Positions 1-8,394 of a DNA stretch of 64,000 nucleotides are shown in pieces. The notes below the pieces were generated by a model that worked only from the letters and a program-made list of their open reading frames with translations, was not told the DNA's origin and searched no databases. The stretch covers positions 8,558 to 72,557 of the forward strand of contig JAAYAL010000025.1 of NCBI GenBank assembly GCA_012719395.1. The letters are read 5' to 3'. Positions within the stretch are counted from its first letter, which is position 1. Every line of letters begins with the position of its first letter. The stretch comes from Gaiellales bacterium. GTDB taxonomy: Bacteria > Actinomycetota > Thermoleophilia > RBG-16-64-13. A program made the position numbers and the translations under genes.

Positions 1-210
1 AGCACGGGGGGGACATGGACATCCACGCTGTCAAGCTGGAGGTAGTGCTGCCGGGCTCTCCTATCGCACGCGCGGTGTCCGGTGTCCGGGCGGCCGCGGC
101 CGCGGCACTGTCCCTGGTGGCCGCGGGCCTCTGGCTGCTGTGGCGCCGGCGCCACCGGGCCCGGGGCCGGGCGGCTTGACGCTGCCGGAGGCAAGGCAGA
201 TGCTAGATTG

Positions 211-2118
211 ATGACCCTTCGGCGCAAGATACTCCTCGGTTTCGGCATCGCCCTGTGCCTGGTGCTGATTGTCCTGACCTGGGCCGTCATCAATCTGGTG
301 CGCCTGGGCAGCGCCAGCGATTCCATCCTGCGCGAGAACTACAAGAGCATCATCGCGGCCGAGGTCATGATCAACGCCATGGAGCGTCAGGACAGCGCCT
401 CTCTGCTCCTGACCCTGGGCTTCGCGGAGGAAGCCGACTCCCAGTTCAGCGCCTTCGAGGCCGAGTTCCTCCGGTCGCTGGCCCGCGCCGCCGACAACAT
501 CACCGTGGAGGGCGAAGCCGGGATCATCGCCCGCATCGACTCCGGCTACCAACGCTATCTCCAGGCCTTCGATGAGCTATCGGACCTGACCGGCTCCTCC
601 ACCACGGCCACGGCCGCCGACTACTACCAGGAAACGGTCCTGCCGCTCTTCACGGAGATCCGCAGCTCCTGCGAGGCGCTGCGCGACCTCAATCAGTCCA
701 CCGCCTACACCGCCAGCGCGCACGCTTCCGGCGTGGCCCGGCGGGCCATCTGGTCCACGCTGGTCGTGGGCCTGGCTGCCGTGGCCGCCGGCTTGCTGTT
801 CAGCCTGCTCATGTCCACCAGCCTCACCCGTCCGCTGCAGGCGCTGCTGGGAGCCACCGCCCGGCTGGCCGACCGTGACTACTCCACCCAGCTTCCGGTC
901 ACCTCCGGTGACGAACTGGGGCGGCTGGCCGCGGGCTTCAACCAGATGGCGGCACGGCTTCACGCCTTCGACGAGATGAACCTCAAGGAAGTGCTGCTGC
1001 AGAAACAGCGCATCGAGACGGTCATCGAGAGTATCGAGGACGGGATCCTGGTGGTGGACAGGGACCTGCGCATCGTCAACCTCAACGGGGCGGCGGCCGG
1101 TGTGTTCGGGGTGGAGAGGCCGCTGGCGTTGGGCCGGCACTTCCTGGAGACGGCGCGGGATGGGCACCTGTTCTCGCTTCTGCGCGAGACGGTGGAGTCG
1201 GGTATGGCCCCAGAACTGGACCCGGACACCGCCATGCTCAGCGTGGGGGCGGGGGAGGCGCGCCGCTACTTCGCCTTCGCCGTCTCCGCCGTGGAGGGCA
1301 CAGGCGGCGGCGTGACCGGCGGCGGCGTGACCGGGAGCGGCGACACCGGGGGAGGTGGCCCGGTTCGGTCGGTGACGGGGGCGGTGCTGCTGCTGCGCGA
1401 CGTGACCCGGCTGAAGGAGCTTGATCGGCTGAAGTCCGATTTCGTCATGACCGCCTCCCACGAGCTGCGGACACCGCTGACCGGGCTGGAGATGAGTGTG
1501 GAGCTGCTCAGGGAGAAGGCGCGTGAGCGCCTGACGGACCAGGAGCGGGAGCTCTTGGAAGCGGCTCATACGGATGTTCTGCGCTTGAAGGCGCTGGTGG
1601 CGGATCTGCTGGACCTGTCGCGGATCGAGGCCGGCCGCATCCAGCTGGAGATGAACGAGGTCGATCTGCGGGGTGTGGTGGAGCAGGTGACCGGGATCTT
1701 CCAGCCGCAGTTCGTGGAGAAGCGCGCCCGGTTGCTGGCCGAGCTTCCGGCGGATCTTCCGTCGGCGCGAGCGGATGCGGAGAAGACCGCCTGGGTGCTC
1801 TCCAATCTGATCTCCAACGCTCTTCGCTATATCGACGAGGGGGGTACGGTGACGGTGGGAGCCGAGCGCAGCGGCAGTGTGCTGAGTGTGAGCGTGGCGG
1901 ACGACGGGGCAGGAATTCCCTACCAATACCAGTCGCGCATCTTCGACAAGTTTGTACAGGTGGCGGGCGACAGCCGGCCGGGACGGACCGGCCTGGGCTT
2001 GGCCATAAGCAGGGAGATTGTGCGGGCGCACGGGGGTACCATCTGGGTGGAATCGGTTCCCGGCGAGGGGAGCAGGTTCAGCTTCACGCTGCCGCTCGCA
2101 CGCGGAGAGGAGGCATAG
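211..2118 (+). CDS. sensor histidine kinase (TM/HAMP-PAS-HisKA-HATPase_c)
   Basis: ORF 82..2118. ATG at 211 is preceded by GGAGG. N-terminal TM segment, phospho-acceptor motif 'ASHELRTPL', ATPase motifs 'GLGLAI' and 'GGTIWVES'. Confidence 0.85.
   Translation: MTLRRKILLGFGIALCLVLIVLTWAVINLVRLGSASDSILRENYKSIIAAEVMINAMERQDSASLLLTLGFAEEADSQFSAFEAEFLRSLARAADNITVEGEAGIIARIDSGYQRYLQAFDELSDLTGSSTTATAADYYQETVLPLFTEIRSSCEALRDLNQSTAYTASAHASGVARRAIWSTLVVGLAAVAAGLLFSLLMSTSLTRPLQALLGATARLADRDYSTQLPVTSGDELGRLAAGFNQMAARLHAFDEMNLKEVLLQKQRIETVIESIEDGILVVDRDLRIVNLNGAAAGVFGVERPLALGRHFLETARDGHLFSLLRETVESGMAPELDPDTAMLSVGAGEARRYFAFAVSAVEGTGGGVTGGGVTGSGDTGGGGPVRSVTGAVLLLRDVTRLKELDRLKSDFVMTASHELRTPLTGLEMSVELLREKARERLTDQERELLEAAHTDVLRLKALVADLLDLSRIEAGRIQLEMNEVDLRGVVEQVTGIFQPQFVEKRARLLAELPADLPSARADAEKTAWVLSNLISNALRYIDEGGTVTVGAERSGSVLSVSVADDGAGIPYQYQSRIFDKFVQVAGDSRPGRTGLGLAISREIVRAHGGTIWVESVPGEGSRFSFTLPLARGEEA
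1303..1347 (+). repeat. 15-bp tandem repeat ggcggcggcgtgacc x2, plus a degenerate third copy, inside the HK linker (encodes GGGVT GGGVT GSGDT)
   Basis: Direct reading of the sequence at 1303-1332. The third unit is degenerate. Confidence 0.5.
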
Positions 2119-2122
2119 CCAC

Positions 2123-2839
2123 ATGGACGCATCCGTGCTCGTGGTGGACGATGAGAAGAACATCCGACTGGCCATCGCGCAGGTGCTATTGGATCTGCAG
2201 TTGACCGTCGACATGGCCATGAACGGCAGAGAAGCCATGGACCGGCTGGCGGAGCGGGCCTACGATCTGGTGTTGCTTGCCCTGCGCATGCCCGGCATCG
2301 ATGGCCTGGAGGTGCTCCGCAGCATCCGGAGCAGTCACCTGCGTACCAACGTGGTGATCATCACCGCCTTCGGGACGGTGGATTCGGCGGTGGAGGCCAT
2401 GAAGCTGGGTGCGGTCGACTTTCTGCAGAAACCGTTCTCCCCCCGGGAGCTGCGGAGCCTGGTGGAGTGTATCCTGGCACGGGAGTCCCTGGCCGCGGAG
2501 GAAGCCGACTCCTACGACGAGCATGTGGAAGTGGCCAAGCGCGCCATCAAGATGCGGGAGTTCGCTCCGGCCACCGATCACCTTCGGCAGGCCATTGCCC
2601 GGGAGCCGGGACGGGCCGAGGCCTTCAATCTGCTGGGCGTCCTGCAGGAGATCGACGGCGATAGGACGGGTGCCTTGTCCAACTACCGCGCTGCGCTTGC
2701 CGTCGACCCCACGTACGAACCGGCGCGCGCCAACCTGCACCGCGTTGTGACCACGGGAGGGGGTGAGGTGTCGCTTGGCGACGGGCACGCCCGGTCGGAT
2801 GCGGGAGTGGCGGAAGAACCCGGCGACCAGGGACGATAG
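2123..2839 (+). CDS. response regulator, REC domain + C-terminal TPR repeats, no DNA-binding domain
   Basis: ATG 2123 follows GGAGAGGAGG. 'VLVVDDE...D...LP..DG' receiver motifs, then TPR-like 'AEAFNLLGVLQEIDGDRTGALSNYRAALAVDP'. Confidence 0.8.
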   Translation: MDASVLVVDDEKNIRLAIAQVLLDLQLTVDMAMNGREAMDRLAERAYDLVLLALRMPGIDGLEVLRSIRSSHLRTNVVIITAFGTVDSAVEAMKLGAVDFLQKPFSPRELRSLVECILARESLAAEEADSYDEHVEVAKRAIKMREFAPATDHLRQAIAREPGRAEAFNLLGVLQEIDGDRTGALSNYRAALAVDPTYEPARANLHRVVTTGGGEVSLGDGHARSDAGVAEEPGDQGR

Positions 2840-2855
2840 GGCGAAAGGGGTCCGC

Positions 2856-3251
2856 ATGGAGGGATGTGAAGCTCGCCGCTGGGTGGAGATAGGGTTCACC
2901 GTGCTGGAGCCGGCGCAGCGCACGGCACGCCTGCCGGAGGACACCACTCGGGTGCCGTACGAGGCGCGGGTGCGCGGTTTTGCCGTCGGGGCCTGCCGTC
3001 TAGGCGATGAGGTGGAGGTGAAGACGCTGACCGGCCGCCGCGTGCGGGGCCGGGTGGTGGCGCTGGATCCCTGCTTCGCCCACGACTTCGGCCGCCCAGT
3101 GCTGGAACTGATCGAGGCAGGCCTGGAGGCGCGGGCCCTCCTGCGGTTGCTAGGGGAATCCCCCTCCGCCGCGGCCGCTTGCGCAAGGGGCGGTGCCATC
3201 GATAGTGAAGCCGCTGCCGCCGACAGGGCCGGCGGAGAGGCCCAGGCATGA
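2856..3251 (+). CDS. ortA: 2-amino-4-ketopentanoate thiolase alpha subunit-like (OrtA family)
   Basis: Small protein directly upstream of and ATGA-overlapping the OrtB-like gene. Resembles OrtA ('VRGRVVALDPCFAHDFGRPVLELIE'). Confidence 0.55.
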   Translation: MEGCEARRWVEIGFTVLEPAQRTARLPEDTTRVPYEARVRGFAVGACRLGDEVEVKTLTGRRVRGRVVALDPCFAHDFGRPVLELIEAGLEARALLRLLGESPSAAAACARGGAIDSEAAAADRAGGEAQA

Positions 3252-4675
3252 GCGCGGGCCTGGACACCGGCTACCAGGCGGTGATGGCGCGCTCCACCCA
3301 GATCCTGCGCAACGCCTCCGGCCTGGACTACGATGACTTCCGCCGTGGCCGCCTTTGCTTCGATTACGAGGGCCTGATGGCTGCCACGGGCTACTCCCTG
3401 GAGCAGGTGGCGGACGTACAGCGGCGCTGCAAGGTGGGAGGGACACCGCTGCTGGAGCTCTCCAACCTTACCCGCCTGGCGCGCAGCCTGGCGCCGGCCG
3501 GCATGGGCGCCCGTATCCTGGTCAAGGACGAGGCGGCCAACGCCTCCGGCAGCTTCAAGGCCCGCCGGGCCAGCCTCTCCGTGCAGGAGTCCAAGCGAGC
3601 CGGCTACCCCGGCGTCATCGCTGCCACTTCAGGCAACTACGGGGCGGCGGTGGCGGCCATGTGCGCCATGCAGGGCCAGTGTTGCATCATCGTGCAGGAG
3701 ACCTTCGACTCGCGGGGGGTGGGGCAGCCGGAGATCGTCGAGAAGGGCCGCGCCTGCGAGGCCTACGGGGCCGAGGTATGGCAGATGACGGTGGGCCCGG
3801 AGTTGTTCTACATGCACCTCCGCCTGCTGGAGGAGAGCGGCTACTTCAACGCCTCGCTGTACACGCCCTTCTCCGTGTCCGGCATTGAGACGCTGGGCTG
3901 GGAGGTGGCGCAGGAGGTGCGGGGGCTCACCGGCCGGCCGCCGGCCGCGGTGGTGGTGACCCACGCCGGCGGCGGCAACGTCACCGGCACTGCCCGCGGC
4001 CTGCGCAAGGCGGGCGCGGGGGAGACTCAGGTCATCGCCGCCAGCGTCGACCTCAGCGGCCTGCATATGGCCAGCGACACCCAGTTCAACCGCAAGAGCT
4101 TCACCACCGGCCACACCGGGTTCGGCATGCCCTTCTTCACCAACCCCGACCGGGCGGACGTGCCCCACAACGCCGCCCGTCCCCTGCGCTACGCCCACCG
4201 CTACGTCACCGTCAACCAGGGCGCCGTCTTCTACACTACGCAGCTGCTGGCCGTCCTGGAGGGGCTGGAGCGCGGCCCGGCCGGCAATACCTCGCTCTGC
4301 GCCGCCTTCAAGCTGGCCCAGGAGATGCCGGCGGATGAGGTCATCGTGGTGCAGGAGACGGAGTACACCGGCGCCGGCAAGCACCCCACTGCCCAACTCA
4401 CCTTCGCTCGCGACAACGGCGTGCGCGTAGTACGCGGCCCGGCCACGCTCGACAAGCCCGGGGAGGTCATCGCCATCCCCGAGTCGCCGGAGCAGGTGGC
4501 CTACGCCGAGATCGACCTGCAGCGGGTGCGGGCCTCCTACCTGCGTGGCCGGTTGGCGGCGGCGGAGGTAGGGGACTATCGTCAACTGAGTGCGGCTGAA
4601 CTAGAGTACCTTGCCGAGGAAACCAACCTCACCCGGGAGAGCTGCCTGGCGTTGTTGAAGAGAGCCGCCGAATGA
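3248..4675 (+). CDS. ortB: 2-amino-4-ketopentanoate thiolase beta subunit-like, PLP-dependent (OrtB family, Trp-synthase-beta fold)
   Basis: 475 aa. Lys motif 'GSFKARRA', 'TSGNYGAAVA', Gly-rich 'HAGGGNVTG'. ATG overlaps the ortA stop (ATGA). Confidence 0.65.
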   Translation: MSAGLDTGYQAVMARSTQILRNASGLDYDDFRRGRLCFDYEGLMAATGYSLEQVADVQRRCKVGGTPLLELSNLTRLARSLAPAGMGARILVKDEAANASGSFKARRASLSVQESKRAGYPGVIAATSGNYGAAVAAMCAMQGQCCIIVQETFDSRGVGQPEIVEKGRACEAYGAEVWQMTVGPELFYMHLRLLEESGYFNASLYTPFSVSGIETLGWEVAQEVRGLTGRPPAAVVVTHAGGGNVTGTARGLRKAGAGETQVIAASVDLSGLHMASDTQFNRKSFTTGHTGFGMPFFTNPDRADVPHNAARPLRYAHRYVTVNQGAVFYTTQLLAVLEGLERGPAGNTSLCAAFKLAQEMPADEVIVVQETEYTGAGKHPTAQLTFARDNGVRVVRGPATLDKPGEVIAIPESPEQVAYAEIDLQRVRASYLRGRLAAAEVGDYRQLSAAELEYLAEETNLTRESCLALLKRAAE

Positions 4676-5883
4676 TGCATGTGCCGCCGCGCAGCCTGCT
4701 CACGGTTGACATTGGCGCCGTGCGCCGGAACGTGCGCCGTCTCCGCTCGCTGCTACGGCCGGGGACCCGCTTCATGGCGGCGCTGAAGGCGGACGCCTAC
4801 GGGCATGGCGCCCTGCCGGTGTGTCAGGCGGTGCTGCAGGCGGGGGGAGATGCTCTGGCGTTGGCCACGACTGAGGAAGCCTTGGAACTGCGCGAGAGCG
4901 GAGTGACCGCGCCGCTGCTGGTCATGGGGCCGGTGTTCTCGCCGGCACAGATGATAGAACTGGCCCGCACCGGCGTGCAGGTTGCCGTGGTCTCGCCGGA
5001 GATGGCGGAGATGCTGCGGCACCTGCCTGAGGATTGCCGGCTGCGTGTCCACCTGAAGATCGACACGGGCATGAACCGCCAGGGACTCCTCCCCTCCGAA
5101 CTTCCCAAGCATCTGGATACCCTGCGTCTGCTGCGGCCGCAGGTGAGGGTGGTGGGCATCATGACCCACTTCGCCAGCGCTTCGGACGAGCCCAACTCGG
5201 TGGAGTGGCAGATGGAGCGCTTCCTGCCCTGCGTGGAGACTATCCGCCGGGACTGGCCGCGGGCCATCGCCCACGCCGCCAACAGCGCCGCCACTATGGA
5301 GCATCCCGCCTCGCACCTGGATCTGGTTCGCTGCGGGGTGGCGGTCTACGGCATGTCGCCTTTCCAGGGGGATCCTCGGGAGGAGGGACTGAAGCCGGCT
5401 CTCAGCTGGACCTCCCGTGTGGCCATGACCAAGCGCGTGCCGTCGGGCGAGGGCGTGGGCTACGGGCTCACCTTCCGCCGGGGCGGGGCGGCCACCACCG
5501 TCGCCCTGGTGCCGGTGGGGTACGCGGACGGGCTGTTCCGTGCCTTGGGCAACCGCGGCCGGGTGCTCATTCGGGGGCGGCGCTACTCCATGGTGGGCCG
5601 GGTGTCCATGGACTCCTTCGCCGTGGACCTGGGGGAGAGCACGGACGTACGGACGGGCGATCGGGTGACGCTCATCGGCCACGACGGATCGGAATCCATC
5701 CGGGCAGAAGAGATGGCGGGCTGGGTGGAGACCATCAACTACGAGATCACCTGCGCCACCGCACTGCGTCGGGCGCAGCGCGTGGTGGTGGACACGGAGT
5801 GGGAGGCGACGGTCACAGGACAGGACGCAGAGTTCGGCTCGCGTCGGATGACGGACGCCACGCGGCGGGACGATGGGAGGTAG
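4672..5883 (+). CDS. alanine/ornithine racemase family PLP enzyme
   Basis: 'AALKADAYGHG' PLP-Lys motif, typical alr fold length. ATG overlaps the ortB stop. Confidence 0.8.
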   Translation: MMHVPPRSLLTVDIGAVRRNVRRLRSLLRPGTRFMAALKADAYGHGALPVCQAVLQAGGDALALATTEEALELRESGVTAPLLVMGPVFSPAQMIELARTGVQVAVVSPEMAEMLRHLPEDCRLRVHLKIDTGMNRQGLLPSELPKHLDTLRLLRPQVRVVGIMTHFASASDEPNSVEWQMERFLPCVETIRRDWPRAIAHAANSAATMEHPASHLDLVRCGVAVYGMSPFQGDPREEGLKPALSWTSRVAMTKRVPSGEGVGYGLTFRRGGAATTVALVPVGYADGLFRALGNRGRVLIRGRRYSMVGRVSMDSFAVDLGESTDVRTGDRVTLIGHDGSESIRAEEMAGWVETINYEITCATALRRAQRVVVDTEWEATVTGQDAEFGSRRMTDATRRDDGR

Positions 5884-5886
5884 CAG

Positions 5887-6438
5887 ATGGACGTCATCAA
5901 CGCCATACAGAAGCGGCGCAGCGTGCGCACCTTTGACTATGAGCGGCCGGTGAATGATGCAGACATCATGAAGATCTTGGAGGCGGGCCGTTTGGCGCCC
6001 TCCTGGAAGAACCATCAGCCGTGGCGATTCGTGGTGGTGCGGTCGGCGGAGGGGCGGGCAGCCATCGCCGACTGCCTCTCAGAGGGCAACCCGGCTCGGA
6101 CTGCCATCCGTCACGCGTCGGCCGTGCTGGTGCTGCTGGGAGTGCCGGAAGAAGGCGAGGTACACCAGGAAAAGTCGTTCTACCTGGTGGATTGCGGCAT
6201 CTCCGGGGAGAACATGTACTTGGAGGCGGTGGAACTGGGCCTCTCCGCCGTATGGGTGTCCCTGCTGGACGGCCCCGGTGTTTGCCGCTCCGTGGGTGCG
6301 CCGGAGGGCTGGGAATGCGTGGGCGTCTTTCCCATCGGGTACGCGTTGCCGGAGGAAGAGGCCAAGCCTCGGCGGCCGCGCCGCCCGCTGGGCGAGGTGG
6401 CCTTCCTGGAGAAGGTTGGGCAGGCTTTCCAGTACTAA
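5887..6438 (+). CDS. nitroreductase family protein
   Basis: 'RRSVRTFDYERPV...ILEAGRLAPSWKNHQPWRF' NAD(P)H nitroreductase signature. Confidence 0.75.
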   Translation: MDVINAIQKRRSVRTFDYERPVNDADIMKILEAGRLAPSWKNHQPWRFVVVRSAEGRAAIADCLSEGNPARTAIRHASAVLVLLGVPEEGEVHQEKSFYLVDCGISGENMYLEAVELGLSAVWVSLLDGPGVCRSVGAPEGWECVGVFPIGYALPEEEAKPRRPRRPLGEVAFLEKVGQAFQY

Positions 6439-6496
6439 GCCCGGGGCCGAGTCCGGCCGGCGGGGGCAGACACCCGTCGCAGGTCCCGATAGGGGG

Positions 6497-6502
6497 TATA
6501 AT
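6497..6502 (+). promoter_or_regulatory. TATAAT -10-like hexamer upstream of the tmRNA precursor
   Basis: 'agggggtataatgac' about 45 nt upstream of the mature 5' end. No clear -35. Confidence 0.25.
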
Positions 6503-6547
6503 GACTCTGCCTACTCGGCTTGGTTCACGCCGCTTGGCGCATCTCAT

Positions 6548-6905
6548 GGGGGCGACAAGGTTTCGACGGGGCTCAGGTCTGAGTGAGGGTAGCGGGTCGA
6601 GATCCCGGCCGTTCTCGTTAAACAGGCTGGAAACAAACAACTGGCAAGCAAGAACTTGCTCTGGCCGCTTAGCATATAGGCAGCCTGTCGCGCCTCTAGC
6701 TCTCGCCGGAGAGGGCCGCGGCATCATTTAGGCGGGATCACCTGCGTCGAGTGCCGCCGGCCTCGCAGGGAAACCAAGGTGGCTGGTCAGAGGCACCCGG
6801 CTTCCGCGGGGGCCCGAGGCGAGAAATAAAAGCGGAAGCTACACCCGTACGAAGCCTTCTCCAGACGAGTTTCGGACGCGGGTTCAATTCCCGCCGCCTC
6901 CACCA
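6548..6905 (+). ncRNA. ssrA: tmRNA (ssrA)
   Basis: 5' GGGGGCGACAAGGTTTCGACGGGG and 3' GGACGCGGGTTCAATTCCCGCCGCCTCCACCA tRNA-like ends. Internal tag ORF ...GKQELALAA followed by TAG (6670-6672). Confidence 0.85.
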
Positions 6906-6917
6906 TAAGTCTCATAC

Positions 6918-6947
6918 AAAAGCCCTGCTAATCCGGGGCTTTTCTTC
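6918..6947 (+). terminator. rho-independent terminator of ssrA
   Basis: aaaagccc-N10-gggctttt followed by tcttct. Confidence 0.6.
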
Positions 6948-7342
6948 TGGGAATGAGACAACAGGTTCGTAACACACTTGCGCTTTTGCCTTGTTGCAGC
7001 CAGAAATGCAGGTTTGGGGTGTGCACATTGGGGAGACGGGCGTGTGGAAGGGCGATTCTCATAGGATGAGACGGGAGGTGCCCCCGGGGAATGTTGAGGT
7101 TCCCCGGGGGCGAAGGTGCTATTGGTCAGCGACCACAGGGGTGCGCCTCACGGCAGTGGTCTTCTGTCTCGCAGAGAGCACCCAGGTGGGGGAACAAGAT
7201 TGACGAGAATCCGCTTGAAGAACACCCGGTTGGACTGCTTCTTGATGTGGTCGGGCGCTGTCTTGAGAAGTGGCCGGGTGAAATTGGACAGCCTCGTAGG
7301 TGATACTGCCCCCGGGCAGAACACCAAGGAGGAATACCAGCA

Positions 7343-7534
7343 ATGCCGAGAAGACCGAGGCGCAACCATGCACCGGCGTTCAAGGCCAAGGTGGCGCTGG
7401 AAGCCATCAAGGGCGAAGAGCCGTTCATTCAGATCGCTGAACGCTTCGACGTACATCCCAACCAGATCACCACGTGGAAGCGGCGACTTCTCGACGGCGC
7501 TGAGAGTCCTACCCGGCCGTTGGAACAGCCCTGA
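7343..7534 (+). mobile_element. IS3-family transposase OrfA N-terminal remnant (truncated)
   Basis: 'MPRRPRRNHAPAFKAKVALEAIKGEEPFIQIAERFDVHPNQITTWKRRLLDG' matches IS3/IS911 OrfA HTH. Ends prematurely, with no orfB. Confidence 0.6.
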
Positions 7535-7589
7535 CGGCAGTGGGGATTGGCAGGGGTCACACCCCGAAGAGGCCTCTGATGCGCTGATC

Positions 7590-7952
7590 GTGTATCGCAC
7601 ATTTACCGTGGAGCCGTCTGAGATTCTCAAGGGCAAACCCGAATTTGGCACCCCAGTGCAATTCTTCGTGGAGGGCGGCATCGTGGGCGAGGTCAGTGGC
7701 CCGGTGGACGAAGGCGACAAGGTCCTGGTGTTTGGTCAGTATGATCAGACCCTGTATGGGGGTACGTGGCCAAAGGACGCATACCACAGCACACATGGTG
7801 AGTGGTCCATATTCAAGGAAACCGAAACCGGACTGACTAATCTCTTCGTGCTAGGTGGTTTTGAAAGGCAGATGGCCGACAAGGGTTTTGATCGAGTCAC
7901 ACTGGACGATGTGAGGGCAGAGGTGGCTCAGCCCAGCATTACACAGGAGTAA
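7590..7952 (+). CDS. hypothetical protein (orphan; GTG start uncertain)
   Basis: Protein-like composition in the 3' half of ORF 7116..7952. GC about 55%. No recognizable domain. Confidence 0.3.
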   Translation: MYRTFTVEPSEILKGKPEFGTPVQFFVEGGIVGEVSGPVDEGDKVLVFGQYDQTLYGGTWPKDAYHSTHGEWSIFKETETGLTNLFVLGGFERQMADKGFDRVTLDDVRAEVAQPSITQE

Positions 7953-8303
7953 ATCCTCAGGTGATGGATGGGCCCGAGCACTGCGAGGCCCAGTTGTGGG
8001 TGGAATGGAGGCCAACCGGGATTTGAGAGGAGGATTACGAACTGCGGACAACAGAATGGATTCCGCTGAGTCCGAAACCGTGTGGGGCATCCTTTCTGTC
8101 GCTCGGGGAGCCCGGCGGCTGAAGATCTCCGCACTGTGACGCCGTACTGGGTTCACATCTTGCCGAGTGGTAGCGGCAACGTGCCTGCATATGACGATTG
8201 CAATGCTACGTTTGAATGTTGATCATTGCTAAACCGCACATTACAGCCTGTATCCTAGGCCTCATCATTCCAATTCGGATTTGCCTCAAATGCGTACAAA
8301 CGC

Positions 8304-8339
8304 AAAAGCCCATCAGACAACCAAATCTGATGGGCTTTT
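8304..8339. terminator. perfect 14-bp inverted repeat hairpin (bidirectional terminator candidate)
   Basis: aaaagcccatcaga-caaccaaa-tctgatgggctttt, immediately 3' of the minus-strand phosphoesterase gene. Confidence 0.6.
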
Positions 8340-8394
8340 GCTTTGCGACGGTGTCTAAGGGAACGAATAGAGAATGGTTGGTGGCATCCACCGT

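Noticed and set aside
577-2238. 553-aa minus-strand ORF antisense to the histidine kinase
   Set aside because: The sense strand encodes a complete, motif-rich HK. Antisense long ORFs are expected at about 70% GC.
5966-6727. 253-aa minus-strand ORF spanning the nitroreductase 3' end and the tmRNA
   Set aside because: Overlaps a confident tmRNA and a confident CDS. Pro/Arg-rich artefact composition.
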